Assembly (NCBI RefSeq): GCF_964204645.1
Contig: NC_134029.1
Location: 11,248,850 to 11,312,849, forward strand
Source: Tubulanus polymorphus
Lineage: Eukaryota > Animalia > Nemertea
Direction of reading: 5' to 3'
Length of the DNA stretch: 64,000 nt
The notes below the pieces were generated by a model. It did no database searches. It was not told where the DNA came from and worked only from the letters and a program-made list of their open reading frames with translations. This document shows, piece by piece, positions 1 to 15,000 of this stretch. Each line of letters opens with the position of its first letter. Within the stretch, counting starts at the first letter, position 1. The translations under genes were made by a program, and so were the position numbers.

Positions 1-370
1 TCATATTCATTTTGAGGTCAGCCATAGGCTGAGCCTATTATTTAAATGACATTGTTTCCAGAGGAAAGGCCTTTTGACTGTGCAACAGGGCATATATTCA
101 TACAAATCATTCATTAAAGCATTAACCATTCTCCAATTCTTAAGAGTGCTGAATTTTGAAAAAGAGTCTCTGAAATTCACATGAGGCTTTTCACGAAAAC
201 TGAACGCAAAAATATCAGTTTTAAAAAGCCAAGCTGAAAGCAAAGTCTCCTCTATGATTGGCCTAGCCACAGAAATCAGCAGGTGTTCGACCCCGTGGTA
301 TTGTGTACAGTTTTACTTCCAGGTTTTATTTTAAAATTTAAAATTGTATTTCAAGATCGATTTCTGTGAA
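1..370 (+). repeat. Interspersed repeat family A (other copies about 7850-8070 and 9615-9910)
   Basis: Shared diverged block aatgacatggtttccagag...actgtgcaactgagcatatattcatacaa in all three copies; the tail ...ttgtatttcaagatcgatttctgtgaa is shared with the 9615 copy. Confidence 0.85.
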
Positions 371-884
371 GGCTGATTCGATTTTTGGGAAGAATATTTC
401 TATTTGTGCTACAGAAAATGTCATTGACTATGCAAGGTTCGGGAAAAATAGCCATTTCTCCAATCAGTAGAAGACCTTGATATGCTAATTTCGCATGTGC
501 TCGCATAGCAAATTCAATCAAATTTTATTCAGCAAAAATCATCATCGTCCAATTCAGTTTTACTTTATTGAATAAATGAACCATCAAATCCAATTCAATT
601 TTTATAACAATTTTACATAAAATCCAATTCAATTCTATTCTGCATTCAAATCAATAAGATCAAGGGAAATGATTGATCTGAGGTATTCGTTCCTGCCATC
701 TCCCCATCTGAGCTACTTATTTAAACACAATTGTATTGTGTAAAATATATTGAGTGGGGAGTGCATTTGACAACCCCACAGATTGCATCATTTGCCATTT
801 ATGAAAAGCGGTAGTGCCCCTTGGGACTCTTGTTGCTCAATTGTCATAATTAACTCAGAGCTTGGATAGACATGGTCCTGATAT

Positions 885-1320
885 TTTTTAACCCACTTCA
901 GACTTAAGTCCCAATGGGCTTTTGCATTCACCTTTCATCTGTTGTGCATCTGTTCATCTCTAGGTCTGTAGACAGAATCCAGTTGTTTTGTGAAATGTTG
1001 AGTACGTTACAATGGATTGTCTTGATATTTGGGTTATATCTACCCATCACATAATCTACAGCCAAAACTGGCCCAATCCGATTCATTATGATGATTGGCA
1101 GCCATTGTCGTTCACCAAGACGGGGCGCATACTCATTTTTCAGGGCAGTTTTGAAGACTCTTTGGTCAATTTTCTTAATATATCTATGCATATATGTATC
1201 CCCTAGCCAATCATCGCAAAAATTGGGTCAATCACACACAAGATAGCTGTCCTGTAACTTTTTTTGAGTCTGAAAGGGTAATTTTTGGCTTGAATTCTGA
1301 AATCTGTATGTCAATATTTC
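885..1320 (+). mobile_element. Helentron-associated element (HINE/DINE-1-like), 5' fragment
   Basis: Diverged copy of the head of the 18838 element (tttttaacccacttcagacttaagtcccaatgggct). Confidence 0.7.
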
Positions 1321-1929
1321 TTAACTTACAGTTAGTCTCCTATCGACACAAAAATTCAATCATCACAACTTATCAAAGTCACCAAAATATTTTGCAAATC
1401 GAAATTATTAAATGCTTCCTCTAAGCTGTTGATGATAAAATCAAATTATATTAACAGATATGAGAACATCGGAACTATTTAATGCACGTAAGCCTACCAA
1501 TATGTGGCAGAAAAGTGCCTCTAACAAACTACCGAACTATTCGAACAAATTTGAACTAGTTTATTATGGTCCCCAAATGCTGGGCAACCGCATCTGAGCA
1601 CCTAGAAATATAAATTTTTTTGCATGTTTCTTAAAAAACCAAAGCCTCAGAGAATGTTCCATAACACCGGTCGAAGCTAATTTTCTAGGAGATTTCAGAT
1701 GGGGTGTTGGGTAGCTACCTATAGAAAATAAATGATGTGTGACAGACCACTAGAGAGAAACAGAGCGTGACTGAACACTACCAAATATCTGCCTAGTACA
1801 AATTTGAGTGAGTGTAGTGTAGTCATGCTCCGTTTCTCCATAGGATATTTTTTTGCGACAGCGCCACGGCGCTGGAGCATATTAAGATGATCAAACCACC
1901 TGGTGTCTTCCAATACCACCACCTAGTGG

Positions 1930-2740
1930 GCTCAATTCAAGTTCAAATATACTTTATTAATACTTATTCAAATATACTTAATTAATACTTTATTCAATAC
2001 TTTATTGTTCCCAGTACTGCAAATACATCGGATTTCCGCAATTAAGTAGACAGAACACATAAAATTAAGAATCTTTTAGTATTCAGAAAACAACGTACAT
2101 GCATCTTATTTTTCAACTTTAATTAGCATTGAGATAATTTTTTGCGACACTCACGGATGATGCGCAATTCCCTTTCGGGAACGGCTGATCGGCTCTTCCC
2201 TGAAAAATTAATTGCTGAATCGACGTCCCGCTAATGATGAATATTATTTTTAGATCCCCTGATTTCTGAATTCAAAAATATAGATTTATATGAACCTTAG
2301 GTCTACCCTTGTAATTAAACAAAGATCTTGCATTCGAGTTTATTCATTTTAAGGAGTTTCTTTATTTCAAGCCGCCGGGTTGATTGTCTAAATCTCTTTG
2401 CTCTTCTCGTGACTTGTATTCAATTAAATTTTCTATTCTCATTCTACAATTTGTACGTGAATACTATCAACGGTAGCATTCGTTTTCTTTTCATTCCGTT
2501 TTTCATAATGATTTTGTAATATTTAAATCTTCATTTTATCACGACGGGTGCTTCCGCTTTTAAACTGTTCGTTTATTACTTCCGATTTTTTAATCTTCAT
2601 TAATTTATTCATTCTTTATGACTACTCCCTCCAAAATCGGAAGAATTTTATCCTTAAGGGCTTTTTTGATCTTGATTTTTAATGACTTTAATGCAAAACC
2701 ACCTGTCGCAGTATATTTCCTTTTAACAATCATTTATTAG
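1930..2740 (-). mobile_element. Degraded non-LTR retrotransposon (LINE) 3' end
   Basis: Minus strand is A-rich with a remnant SLKIKIKKALKDKFFRFWRE and ends in an (aataaagtatt)n/ttgaa tandem tail at about 1930-2008. Confidence 0.45.
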
Positions 2741-2934
2741 CAGATTCATAGGTCACGACATGCTCTTTGATTGCATTGAGTATCATTGAGGTCATTGGTT
2801 TGTATATGTTCACCAGGGGCATTGAATATTGAAATTCTCAGATTGCCAATCATATCACCAAATTGGCATGGTGTCCCTGAACCCCTAGCTCTTTTGAAAA
2901 ATGATTTAAAATGTTGCTTCCAAAACATTTTCAG

Positions 2935-3060
2935 TTCAGAAGAAGCCACAAGAATCCTCAAAAAGTGGTGCAGATCTAGACGCTGTAGGAACAATTAACA
3001 GTGTACCGATTTATGAATATGATCTCAGTAGTATAGAGGATAAAGCGTGGAATAAACCAG
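2935..3060 (+). CDS. FIP1L1: FIP1L1 exon (start of Fip1 domain)
   Basis: ttttcag|...aaaccag|gtaagc; [41 protein letters not shown]; phase 1-1. Confidence 0.92.
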
Positions 3061-6000
3061 GTAAGCATTCAATAAATCCTTAAGGTAGAGAGGTCGAATA
3101 AACAATAAAACCCCAACAAAATCACAACAGTATCAAAATTCATTTTGAAAAAGAATATAATCCAACACAATCCACTTCAGTCTCGACAGGTATGATAATA
3201 GATATGAAATAAACTTTGTACAGAAGGGCATATAAATAAGCCCACGTACAAGCATGCATTTGGATTATTGCAATAACACCATCATTCTCTCTCTATCTGG
3301 ACACTGATGTTACACATACATGAATTATAATGATTGGATTTATCATAATCTTTTGTACCTGTTGTTGCCACACAAGTTGTCACAGCATCTCAGAATTATC
3401 TATAATTGATCAAATCTATTGGCGCTTTTCACTCCAATTCAATTCAATTCTATGCAGTCATAAATGAAAGAGTTCCATTGAATTTCATTCAAAAATCATG
3501 CAAATGATTGCAATTGAAGGAAAAATGTGAAGTAATGGTTCCTGACAACAGTCAGTTTTTGGTTCGAAGAATGAACGTACCGACTGCTCTGCCGTTACTG
3601 GATGTATCGCCCTAAAAATTTGCCAGGTGGTAGATCTCGACGTTTTTTATCGCTTGGGCATGGTTTCCAATGAAAATGTATTCTGGAATTTATGTGGTGC
3701 GCCATTTACCAAATTTTTAGTAGCCTCTCCTACTGTTCACAGAGGGCGTAGGGGTCTACTGGCATAGCCACTGACTTGAGTTGTCTGTTGATACAGAACG
3801 AGTTACAGCTGCCTTTGTGACCTGGCTGCCAGGTCACAAAACAGTTTTTCAAATGTAACAGATGATAGTAAATAAAAAAGAAATTAACCCACTTAGTGTA
3901 ACCTACGAGGCACTGCTGCCGGTTCAAAGCAATAAACTCACTGAAGTCAATAGAGTGATTGTATTGGGCTGAGGCATTAGCGTGTGTGACTGAACATTTT
4001 TGTTTATCTGTTACCTGCTGCACCCACGGGTTCAGATCTTCAGTACCGCATATAATTCATGCATTATGAAATGATCATATCAGTACTTTACATATTTCTT
4101 TGCTATCTATAGTTCTGTAATGGGCCTCCATGGGAAGAAATTTTCAGTATGTGATTAAGGGACCGAGTGTCCTAGGCCACAGGTCAAGTCGGTCGCGAGA
4201 TCCCATATGGTCTCAACGGGCATGGGTGATCACAAAATACTCCCAATCTATTCACAAAAAAGGTTGTAAGTTCTACGTTTAAAAATCACCCGTGGTTTCC
4301 ATACTTACTAAAATCAGCATTTTCGTTTTTACCTGTTACCTGCTGCACCCACAGCTGATCATATCGGTACTTTACATATTTTTTGCCATCTATAGTGCTG
4401 TTACGGGCCTCCATGGGTTCCTAGACAGTGATTAAGGGACCGAGTATCCTCGGGCACAGGTCAAGTCTGTCCCAAGATCCCATATGGTCTCAACGGGCAC
4501 AGGCGATCATACCACATAATAGGCCGCTTTAAAATACTCCTACTCAATAAGTCGGAAGTTCTGTGTTTAATGAATTACCCGTGGTTTCCACTAGTGCGTA
4601 ATGAATGCGATTTAGTGGTTAAAACAAATCATTACATCTACTCGTGCACAAGCACACCATCAATGCTGCGCCTGTCGTAAGCGCCAGTTCCCGTATGTAC
4701 ACCCATACACACATTGATGCCAACAGCGGCCTCCACTTCAAAAGTTATTAAAACAAAATATTAGAAATATTTGTGATCCGATTTACACCAAATAAACCTT
4801 TAAAATAAGGTATTTAGCATCGGATGTTGTACCGAATTCTCCAGATTGATACACTACATAGTTTTCGAGTAAGCGCATTTTTAGTGTAAGCCAATTATGT
4901 TGATTGACAGGCAGGCTTAGCTGCGCGTCTCATTTTATCAATGACGTCAGATGTAAACAATAACATTTCCACATGCGCAATGCTAATGGAAAACAAATTG
5001 AATTTTTCTTAAACAAACTTCTCTTACAGAATATTAATTTATTTTCATAATTTGCCTTTCTTTTATCTAATTTTTGATTTATACATCAGACTGCTTCTTC
5101 GAACCTCAGGACTTTGAAGTCCTCTTGTATAAGAAACATAATTATCCTATAATATTTTTACCTTACGAAACATGTCTTGGAATTTCTTCCCACTGTTTGG
5201 AACTTCCAATTTTTTTGCCGAAGTCTCAAGGTCCAATGTCCACTTGTATTATTTTGACCAAACATAGATGCCCTCATTCGTCAGGGATATTTCTTAGTTC
5301 ATTAATGTGCTAAAAATTCAGTAGGCTTGTATTGAAATCTCGCCACACAGGTGAGCATGTACTATTCTGTCAACAAGCCCCTTGTTAAGAAATATAGTTC
5401 TCATAAAATGACGTTTATGGAATTATTAAATTTTCAGGTGCAGATATAACTGATTATTTTAACTATGGATTCAATGAGGCCACTTGGTCAGCTTATTGCG
5501 AAAAACAAACTAAACTACGAGCTGAGAACCATGCTCCAATTGGAACAAAATCAACGGTGTGTACTATCATTGCAAAAAAAATGGAAATGAATATCATTTC
5601 ATATTGAAATTAACCACCAGCTATACATGCATCAACAGATATTGAACATATTCGGTTGTCAATTTCAGGATTTTGCTGCAAAAACTATTGTTAACCCATC
5701 AAATCCGAATTTGGTCAGTGTATTTGTACCAGGTATGTACAAATCGTTCCATTCACTAGAAAACTTTCAAATCGAAACTTTTCTCAATTGAAGCTTTTGT
5801 TGAATTGTAGTGATGATGATGGATTATAACTAAAATCAGTGCTTTCTTGAAGTAGGGAGGTGGAATACATTTATTTCACTCGGCCATATTTTGATATTTC
5901 ATGTGTGAATATTTTTTCTTCCAAGGACCCAGAAAGTTCCGACCACATATTTCATCCGGTGGTACTATCAGCGTCATTGGAGGATCATCATCAAACTCAC

Positions 6001-9000
6001 GGCGACCTAATATAGAAGATTTTAATCCTGTTAATATTCCAGTGACAGGTAGTAATTAGTAAGTATCTGGGATACAGTCAAATCATTGTTTAATTTCTGG
6101 TCTGTTTCTGAATAGCCCTATGTAACACTAGAAGTAGTGAGTTGAATATTTGTCATCTATTATCTGGATGATCCGTCTGTGAAACTAATTTATCTAATAG
6201 TTGTCCTCCTTTTGGGCAGAAAACTGTGTTGTTTAGATGTTATCATGGTAAGAACATTGATGACTTCATTGTCTGCATTCAGTCATTTCATCGTCTGTCC
6301 CATCTACACTAATCTGTTACTGATCTCGTAGAGTCATCTGATGTTGTGTTACTTGATCTGATTGATAAATATGCAAACCACTGATAATTCAGCCCCTAGT
6401 GTAGCGTGCTTTACAAATAAACTTAATGGTGCAAAACTGAAATGACGAAAGTTGAGGACGACTGGTTAAACTGTTATGATATGAAAGCCCTTTTTAGCCC
6501 ACTTGGGACTTTAGTCCCAGCGGGCTATTGCGTTCACTTTTCGTCCGTCGTCCGTCCTTAGACGGAATCCAGTTATTTTGGGAAGTTTTGAAGACGCTTC
6601 AATGTAATGTCTTGATATTTGGGTTACACATGTATCTACCCTAGACACATCTTCAGCCCAAAAACTGGCCCTGTCAGAATCAAGATGGCCGACTGGCAGC
6701 ATTGTTGTTCGCCAAAATCAGCACTTTTTACACATTTTGAAGTTTTTGAGGGAAATTTCGAAGACGCTTTGATTAATTACCTTGATCTTTTGTATATATT
6801 TGAATCTCCCAAGGGCCCATCAGCATAAGAAAAATTGGGTAGATCAGACTCAAGATAGTCGTCCTATGACCTTTTTAGTACCCAAAAATGTCAATTTTGG
6901 CCAGAATTCTGGGTCCTGTAGCTTCCTACTGGTTTGCCATTTCTCATTGCAATTTGTAATGGATATTCTTTGGAAAGGGATGTTATATATATTTTGTTTT
7001 AGCCCGGGTTTTCCCATTTATAGTTTTTCAGTGAAATTTGCCTCAGCGATTAAACAACGAGCAATCTGATTGATGACTGTGGCAGGGGTTCGTGCCGTAG
7101 CTGAGAGTAGTGATGCCATCGGGTTTGAATCCCTGCCGAGGGAGGATGACTAAAGTATGCCCCTGCCACGTGAGGAGTGAATACACTTTCTTCGAAGCAT
7201 CTTTACTAATGTATACATATGGGGGAAGAGTGAAAATTGTCAAAATTGGTATATCTTTTTCAGTGAAAATGCACCACTGCCGCCAGGTGTTGAACCATCC
7301 GGGGTTGCAGTGCCGAATTTCAATCAGCCTCCACCTACAGGCGTTCATCCTCCTCCTCCAGGTAACTTATTAAGTTGGTTCATAATGCTGGTGTTTTTAG
7401 CATTAGAAAACTATGAAACTATGCTAGGTATTTGTGGCCATTCTTTATAAATATACTTGAAATACTTGCTCATTCTTTTTGACATTGAGTCTCCTCATAT
7501 AGAATGAGTAGTTTCCTGTAGTTCACTTAAAAGTCAGGGTGAGTGTATTTTTAATCATTTGCCAGTAGATCTTAATGCAGAATTGTGGAGTTTATTGACT
7601 GAAAACTGACTGGACCAATTCTAAGCTGGAAATGACTAATTATCATATCTGGTGTTCGTTTGAATTGTATCATTTGAATTGCATAGAAAGATTTGGCAAA
7701 ATGTTATGTGGTTGGAGTCTTTGTGAAATGTTATTTCCTGTGTAATTTGCATATAATGTTATTTTGTAATCTTTGTGAAATGTTATTTCCTGTATAATTT
7801 GCATATAATGTTATTTTGAAATATTCAGCATGGAATGAACAAAAAAAATATCTCATTTTATGCGACCAGCTGTATGCTGAGCCTATTACTATACAAATGG
7901 AGCGAATTTAAATGACATGGTTTCCAGAGTAAAGGATCTTCGACTGTGCAACTGAGCATATATTCATACAAATCCTTCATTAAAGCATTATCCATTCTTA
8001 AAACTCTATGAAGCTGAATTTTGAAAGAGGGCCTTGTTAAAATCTATATGAGTTTTTTCGTAGTTTCTGAGTCGCTGACCCAGTTTTCCTTATACCGCTA
8101 AGATAGTACATGTATGTTACATACATTGTAGTTAATTTACTTTACATGTCAACCGTTTTATTTTGAAATTTAGCGGCCAACATAAAAAGCACGGTGTCCT
8201 TTTCATGAATTTTAGTGTAAAATGAAGTGTAATTGTTGGCTATTTCAGTGCCTCGGATGCTCTAATAGGCTCGCGCTAATTTGGCACGCACCAAGCCATA
8301 AAATAAAAAAGTCTTTTTTTCCGGTCACACTATTATGATTTTTATGGGTAGGTAGGTGGGGAATTTTTTTAAAATTTTTTTGGTGTTCAACACATCAAAA
8401 TGATACGTCCAGATATAAAATTCTCTACCAAACTGCGAACTCTATTGTGAAATCTTTATTTGCAATTCATTTTATTAGCAAACAAGTCTGATGCCTCTTT
8501 CGTTTTGTTACCAGTTCATCATTAGTAGGTTCTTCATGCTTAAAATATCCTCTAAATCCATCATCGCAAACGTCGGCAGCTGCCATTGTATCAGTCACAC
8601 CAATTACTGCAGAGAACCAATGTGACTGTTTGGCGGCAAAACAGGGAGATTGTGTTTACAAATTAATACTTACTATGTATTTCAATTTGTTTTTTATTTC
8701 GACCAAAATAGATAAAGCAGAGTCATGAATTGATATATTATAACACAGATCATCTTACGTAGGGTTATTGCAAAAGTTGCAATATTTTCACAGCAGTGCG
8801 CACTGCGCTGCTGTACAGTAATGCTCTCGCTCAATGTATAGGTTGCCCCGGTGATGGCCGGCTGATCTCTGTATCGTGTGCATGCTTGTGGGAAGCCACG
8901 TGTATGTCAGCTCATGCCAGCAGTCTTGTGTAAACAAAATGCTTTAGCGCGTCAACTAGTTGTAGATTCTATGATGTCAGTATTATGATAACCTGGCCGA

Positions 9001-12000
9001 GGGACCGGAAACAAAGACTTTTTTATTTTATGCCTAATAACCCTCCACTCCAAAAGACGGTAAACTGCATACGTACATACCTGATATATTGAAAATTCAA
9101 TGCACGGTGGCTAGGCCCCTCTAGTATGTGCCACATGCCGCAAATGTATTTTGTTGAATGTATTATGTCGGATCGGCGCCTGTACTGCAATCACTAACAC
9201 CTTGTAAGCAAGCACATTACATGGCTTTCCATTAAACTGGGTTTTATTTGAGCAGGTGAAATATTCACTCCGATTGAAAATGGATGTCATTGGTCATTAG
9301 CATCTTCTTTTTCTTCTTCAATTTCTAGTTAGCATGATACAGCCTGCATTTTTAAGCACAGCCTTTTGGCTATAAGCATCATTTCATTTTTGGCCTTCCG
9401 TTACTGATGCAATATATTTGATCTGAAAGGATGACCCTTCAGAGAGACTGAGATTGCAATGCCTTCTGGATCACAACACTTGATTCAAGTTGGCTTTTAA
9501 ACAGCCTACCCTTGTGATCCATTGGTAATTCAGTCATCTGACCGATGTTTATCTGTGTCATGTGCCACCGAGCTCCCAACGGTCCTGTCTTTTCCTTGTT
9601 GTCATGTATTACATATGGAGCGAATTAAAATGACATGGTTTCCAGATGAAAGGCTTTTACACTGTGCAACTGAGCATATATTCATACAAGTCATCCATTC
9701 AAGCGTTATCCATTCTCCAATTCCTAGTTATTCGCGAAATCTGAATGCAAAAATATCAGTTTTAAAAAGCCAATCAGAAAGTCTGCTCTATGATGGGCTT
9801 TACCGCAGAAATCAGCAGGTGTTCACATGAACCTGCGGTATCGTCTACTGTTTTACTTCCGGGTTTTATTTTAAGATTTAAAGTTGTATTTCAAGATCGA
9901 TTTCTGTGAAATATTCAGTTGATTTTTGGTTTACCTTTGTCAGCAGTATGAGGTTGGCATTGAGCCAATTCATGTAAAATCGCGGTACGTTTTTTTTATG
10001 TGAGCATTTATTTCATTGGTTCTCGGGTTAAACGACGTATACTTGATGCGATTGAAGACATGACGAACCTCCGTCGATGACATGGTCATTTCTGTTTAAA
10101 TTCGACGAAAAACTGTTTTTGGCGGGAAAATTCTTAGCTCTTGCGTATATAATTGCAATGACCTCGATTGGGGGGCGTCGTCTCTACGAGCGAATGTGAT
10201 TGGCTGTTTTTGGGTTATACGGGGAATTCCGGCGCTACTAAAATAATTATGGGGAAGCCATTTATGGCGAACGTTTCATTGGACTAGGTGCGAATTTTAA
10301 ATGCTCATTGCTGGTGGGAATATAATTATTTCACATATCGCCATAGGTATTGTTTCATTTTAATACCCGGTGATTGTGTTGATTGAGATTGAAGTGAAGC
10401 GAACGTTCACTACACAAGGCTGCAAATTAGAACATAAATATGAAAAATAATGAAATATGAACATTTTGGAACAACATGCAGGACCCAATGATGTAAGCGG
10501 GCAGGTGATGGATCAAGCAGACAGAGATACTCCTGCCACAACAATTTTATTGTCCAATATTGCGTCTGATACCTTTTCGCTGGGCGCAGCCGTGGGCGCA
10601 GCCATTTCGAATATATAAATTAAATTAGTATTGTTTATACTCGACGCATGCGGACTGATTCTGAAACCGGCAGCATTGCCACAGGATTAGGCGCACACTC
10701 AGGCGAACTTGCCACGCGGTGTCAAAAATATCAAACAAGTTTGATGTCGGCGTCAAAGCCGACGCCTGAAAATATCACCTGCACACTAGGCCTTTTTGAT
10801 GCCGGCGGCTCTGTTGCGGCGGCTTTGATGATAGCGTGCGGTGGGTTTAGACATCCTAATGTGCCAAGTGATTAATTGGCCCAAGAAATTATAATCACAT
10901 TTTTCTTGTTAGTTATGTGGTAGATGAGAGGGGGTCAAGCAATCGCGTAGTGATATGTCCGGATTGACATTGGCAGTAAAGAATGGGGAATGGCCTCTTT
11001 TGAATAGAAAAACATAAATTTATGTAACCCCGGTATATTAAGTTAAAACCCTTTCATGATGACACGAAACATCGAACGGTTAACAGTACCACCTTAACCA
11101 TGATACGATATCACCAGTAAAGAAAAATTATTTTATTCAATTTTACCAGAGTTGTTTATTGAAGGAAAATATCGTTGGTAAGTACGCCGAGAACAACCAT
11201 ATTGTATCATCAATCAGTTGACTGACAGTTTATCGTAAAATTCCATCAGTACAGCTATATTCCAGGGTTCGAATTTCAGAATTTTTCATCCACAGCAAGT
11301 TACTTTCAGAAATGCTGTGGATGGCGGAAGCAAGTCTAGATCTCACCACAGCAAGTGCCTATCTTGAAAACAATACCCAGTTAATTATGTATTCCATGAT
11401 CATTGAAAACTCTATATGAGAGTCAATGTTATTTGGTTACTTGACTTAAACATTTAAATGTATATCAAATCAATTATAATATTGTCTACAATATTTGTAA
11501 AAATTAAACACTAAAAATGAAATCATTAGAGTTGCATCAGTTCATAATGATATGTCATTGAAATTGAATAATTGATTACTTTATTATTGAAAAAACTTAT
11601 AACATGGTTATATTCTAATAATCTATAATTTCTCAAAGATAGAATATGACACTGTGTATAACTATTAAATTAAACTACTGACCGAATGAATATTGGGCCT
11701 ACATGTATTGGAAGTTTTAAAATTCAGATCAAAATTCATGTTAATAGCAGTTGTTTTTGTTAGATGGCAGCACTGTATAGAAATAGTTGTTGGTGCTAGC
11801 ACAGGAATATTCATTGAAATTGTCAACGGCATTTTAAAGAAATTTTATAGACGGCATTCTGAAGCCGTCGGTACAAAGATACGTCAACTAATATGCTATG
11901 TACTAATACAACGTTGGCAAAAGCCGTCAATTGCCATCGTGAAATTCGAACCCTGCAGGATTAGTTTTCACTTTAAGATGCTCTGCCTGCCTCCTGCGCA

Positions 12001-15000
12001 ATCACGAGGTGGTAGCAGCCCCTTACGCACTCAGCAGATAGATTCGGTTTGTAATGCGCACTGGGAAAAATAACTTATCTTTTCCATGCATTGAACACCA
12101 CAACAGTGATAACATTTACACGGTGTTTCTCGTAAATTGCAATATGGCAATGGTTATTTGCTGCTACTGTAGTTTTTTGGAATCGAATCGATCGGCCTCG
12201 GTAGCTCAGTGAGATAAGGCGTGATGCTGTTGCATCCACTATCAGTGCTGAGTGACAAGTGGGTTCGAGTCCTGCTGGCTGCTTACAGTGTGCAGGCAAC
12301 ACTACAAAGGCCGTCCCTTCGTGAGGTTAAATGGAGAATCCAATAGGGTTACAAACCAAGGTCCTAATGATGTAAACATACAAAAAGACAAACAAGCAAC
12401 CATCAGCCTCAGTGACACCAATGCCGGCATCGCTCTGTGTGACGTTTTGCATGCGTACGTTTGTCCGGTTGATCTACCTATAATGCATCAGAGTATTTTG
12501 CATTCAGAAAGATCGTTCTGTTTTTGTTTTCATTATTCAGCAACAGTTCATGCAAGAAAAACCAGTCAGTCTAGATTACCCTTACAGTTATATGTTGAAT
12601 ACGAATCTTGTGTAGGCGAAAGTGCCGAAATTGTTGTATTAAATGGATTTTTTTATACAAATCTTTATTGATATAAATCTCTTGGCTGGGACATGATGGA
12701 AACATCAGAAAAAAATTAGTTTCATCTTGAACAGAATCGCGGTTTAACAATACAAATAGCGTAGGTTAAATCATTTGGCAAAAAAATGAAATTCATTCAA
12801 TTCTTAAGTTTGTGGCCCTCAATCAACATCGATGTAAAGCATTAACCACTTATTACCTTACCACAGTATAATCTACCAATGCTTCAAGGCCCATGGTCCT
12901 CTTTGTTTGTTGCCCTTTTCTGAAGTTTAGCAATATAGTAATAGTAATTTATTTTCATCATCAATTTGATCGAAACATAATTACAAATACAATGCACAAC
13001 GAATAGGTAGATTATTGATGCCCATAAGGTTTTTTGGCAATTTGAACATGCTCTTTCTGGAATACTTGGCAATATACTATTGAGTCGTGTCTGTTCCTAT
13101 TTAGGAAGTTATTTTGGTAATATAGATTGGAATTTTTGGAAATATATTTTGCGCTTACAGGATTTCTATACATTTGTTTCTATATATTAATTTTTAGTGC
13201 TCTTTTCTGAATAATTGGCAATATGACATGCCCTTAAGGATTTTTGGCAATTTGAACAATTTTCGTGAATATTTGACACTATTATTGAGACAAATTAAAG
13301 TGGGCGCACGTGCCACAGGTGTGACCCCCTGTATCTGTCCCTGGATTGCTATAGGCCTAATAAGACAATTGAACACTGTGGCGCTAGCAAATGGTACTTA
13401 CCTTTCCCACACATTGAATTCAATTTGAATATTTTTCATGAATTTTTATGAAAAAGGGATCTCTCGGAAATCAATTAACACTAGAGATCATCGTCAGTTG
13501 TGACGATACACCTGACGATCATCTTTTGTATCATTTTTATGGTCGAAGACCATATAGGCATTGTCGCTAGTAAAAATCATGCCGTAGTATCTTTTCTGCC
13601 ATGGATATAGTCCCATAATGCTGTATCATATAGAACTGATAATCCAATGAAAGATGGTCTGTAACACGTTATTTGCCTGTATCAACACGTCATTTGCCTG
13701 TATCCAAGATCCTAGCTACGACTATCATGGCCTGTTGTTCTTAGGTTCCAAAAATCATGATCAATTATGGAAAGTTTTGAGGCGCATGAAGGGCCTACAT
13801 GTCAGTGAATTGTCTGTATCGGTTTTATCTGGCAATGAAGTGTTATTCTCATCATTATCCTCACAGGTGCTCGCGTACTGATACCTTCATACGTAGTTCA
13901 TAGCAACTGCACAGTTTGTGGTTTATACCGGAGAGGATCGTAAGTGTTGTCTCTGCAGGGTTTGTCGGTAGCTAGCCTGGATTTATTTCTTGAAAGCACT
14001 TTGAGTGCGGGATTTTCTTCATGAAAATTACCAGTAATGCGAATATGCTGTACTCTCGGGAATAGCCCAAGTCAGCACATATAGTAGTATGGAGACACTA
14101 GTGCTGTATATGCACAGCGAGGTAAGCAGCTGCGTCCCGCCTCGTATATAAACACAGGCCGACTCGGATTGACTGATGAAAAATAAACTTAGGCGCACGG
14201 TTCCCACGATCGTTAAAAGATAGTCCATTACTCTTTATCGGGGAAAAAATTGTACAAGCCTACACTGTATCCATGCCAAGATGAAAGCATAAGACGTGAA
14301 GCCTAAAGGGGGAAGTTCTGAGGATTTTTGGAGCCATTTTAAGTGCATTCTTATGTTATGTGGTCTTTGTCGTAATTAAAACTACCGCTTAGTAGTAGTG
14401 CCTGTCACGTGAACTTCATTCATTCATTTAAAGCATCACACACACAGTGAACACGGTTCGATTGGCTAACGTGTTGACTATACCATTATGGAAAATAGGA
14501 TGGGTAGGATCCGTTAAGGCGATTACACTATGCTTTGTAGCGAAGGTAGATATTACCTATGGCTATTACTATTACACAACTTCCTCAGCCATGCATTTTA
14601 TTTTTGAAACAGATCGTTACATTGAAATGTACTAAAATAAGAACGCTATAATGTCTTTAGAAAATGAACGATCAATTTATTTTCACAAGTCCTCAAAGAA
14701 TTTTTCAGGATTTGGAGAAAATTGGACCACTTTTGATTGGGGGAAAATGTTGTTTAACAGTTTGTTAAAAAACAGCCTCTCGGAAATCCTCTGATAGAAC
14801 TGGCATCTCATGCATCCATTCACTGTACTATTTAGTCAATTTTAAACCCGGTCTTTGACCATATGGACCTCATGGTCCTCATGTAATATTTTGATTTGAT
14901 TAATCCTTGGTTTTTAAACTTAAATCTGTATATAATGGGTTTTTATCTTTATGTTGCCTGTCTTGTCTGTTTTCTTGCTTACCCAAGAGAGACATGTGGC

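Noticed and set aside
12194-12280. Possible tRNA gene
   Set aside because: A and B boxes are present but there is no clean cloverleaf or acceptor stem, and it continues into a body and simple-repeat tail, so it is a SINE.
13395-13410. tacttacct resembling the U1 snRNA 5' end
   Set aside because: No downstream U1 sequence; it is simply the reverse complement of a splice-donor-like motif.
14170-14200. Hammerhead ribozyme core (ctgatga)
   Set aside because: No stem II followed by GAAA and no flanking helices.
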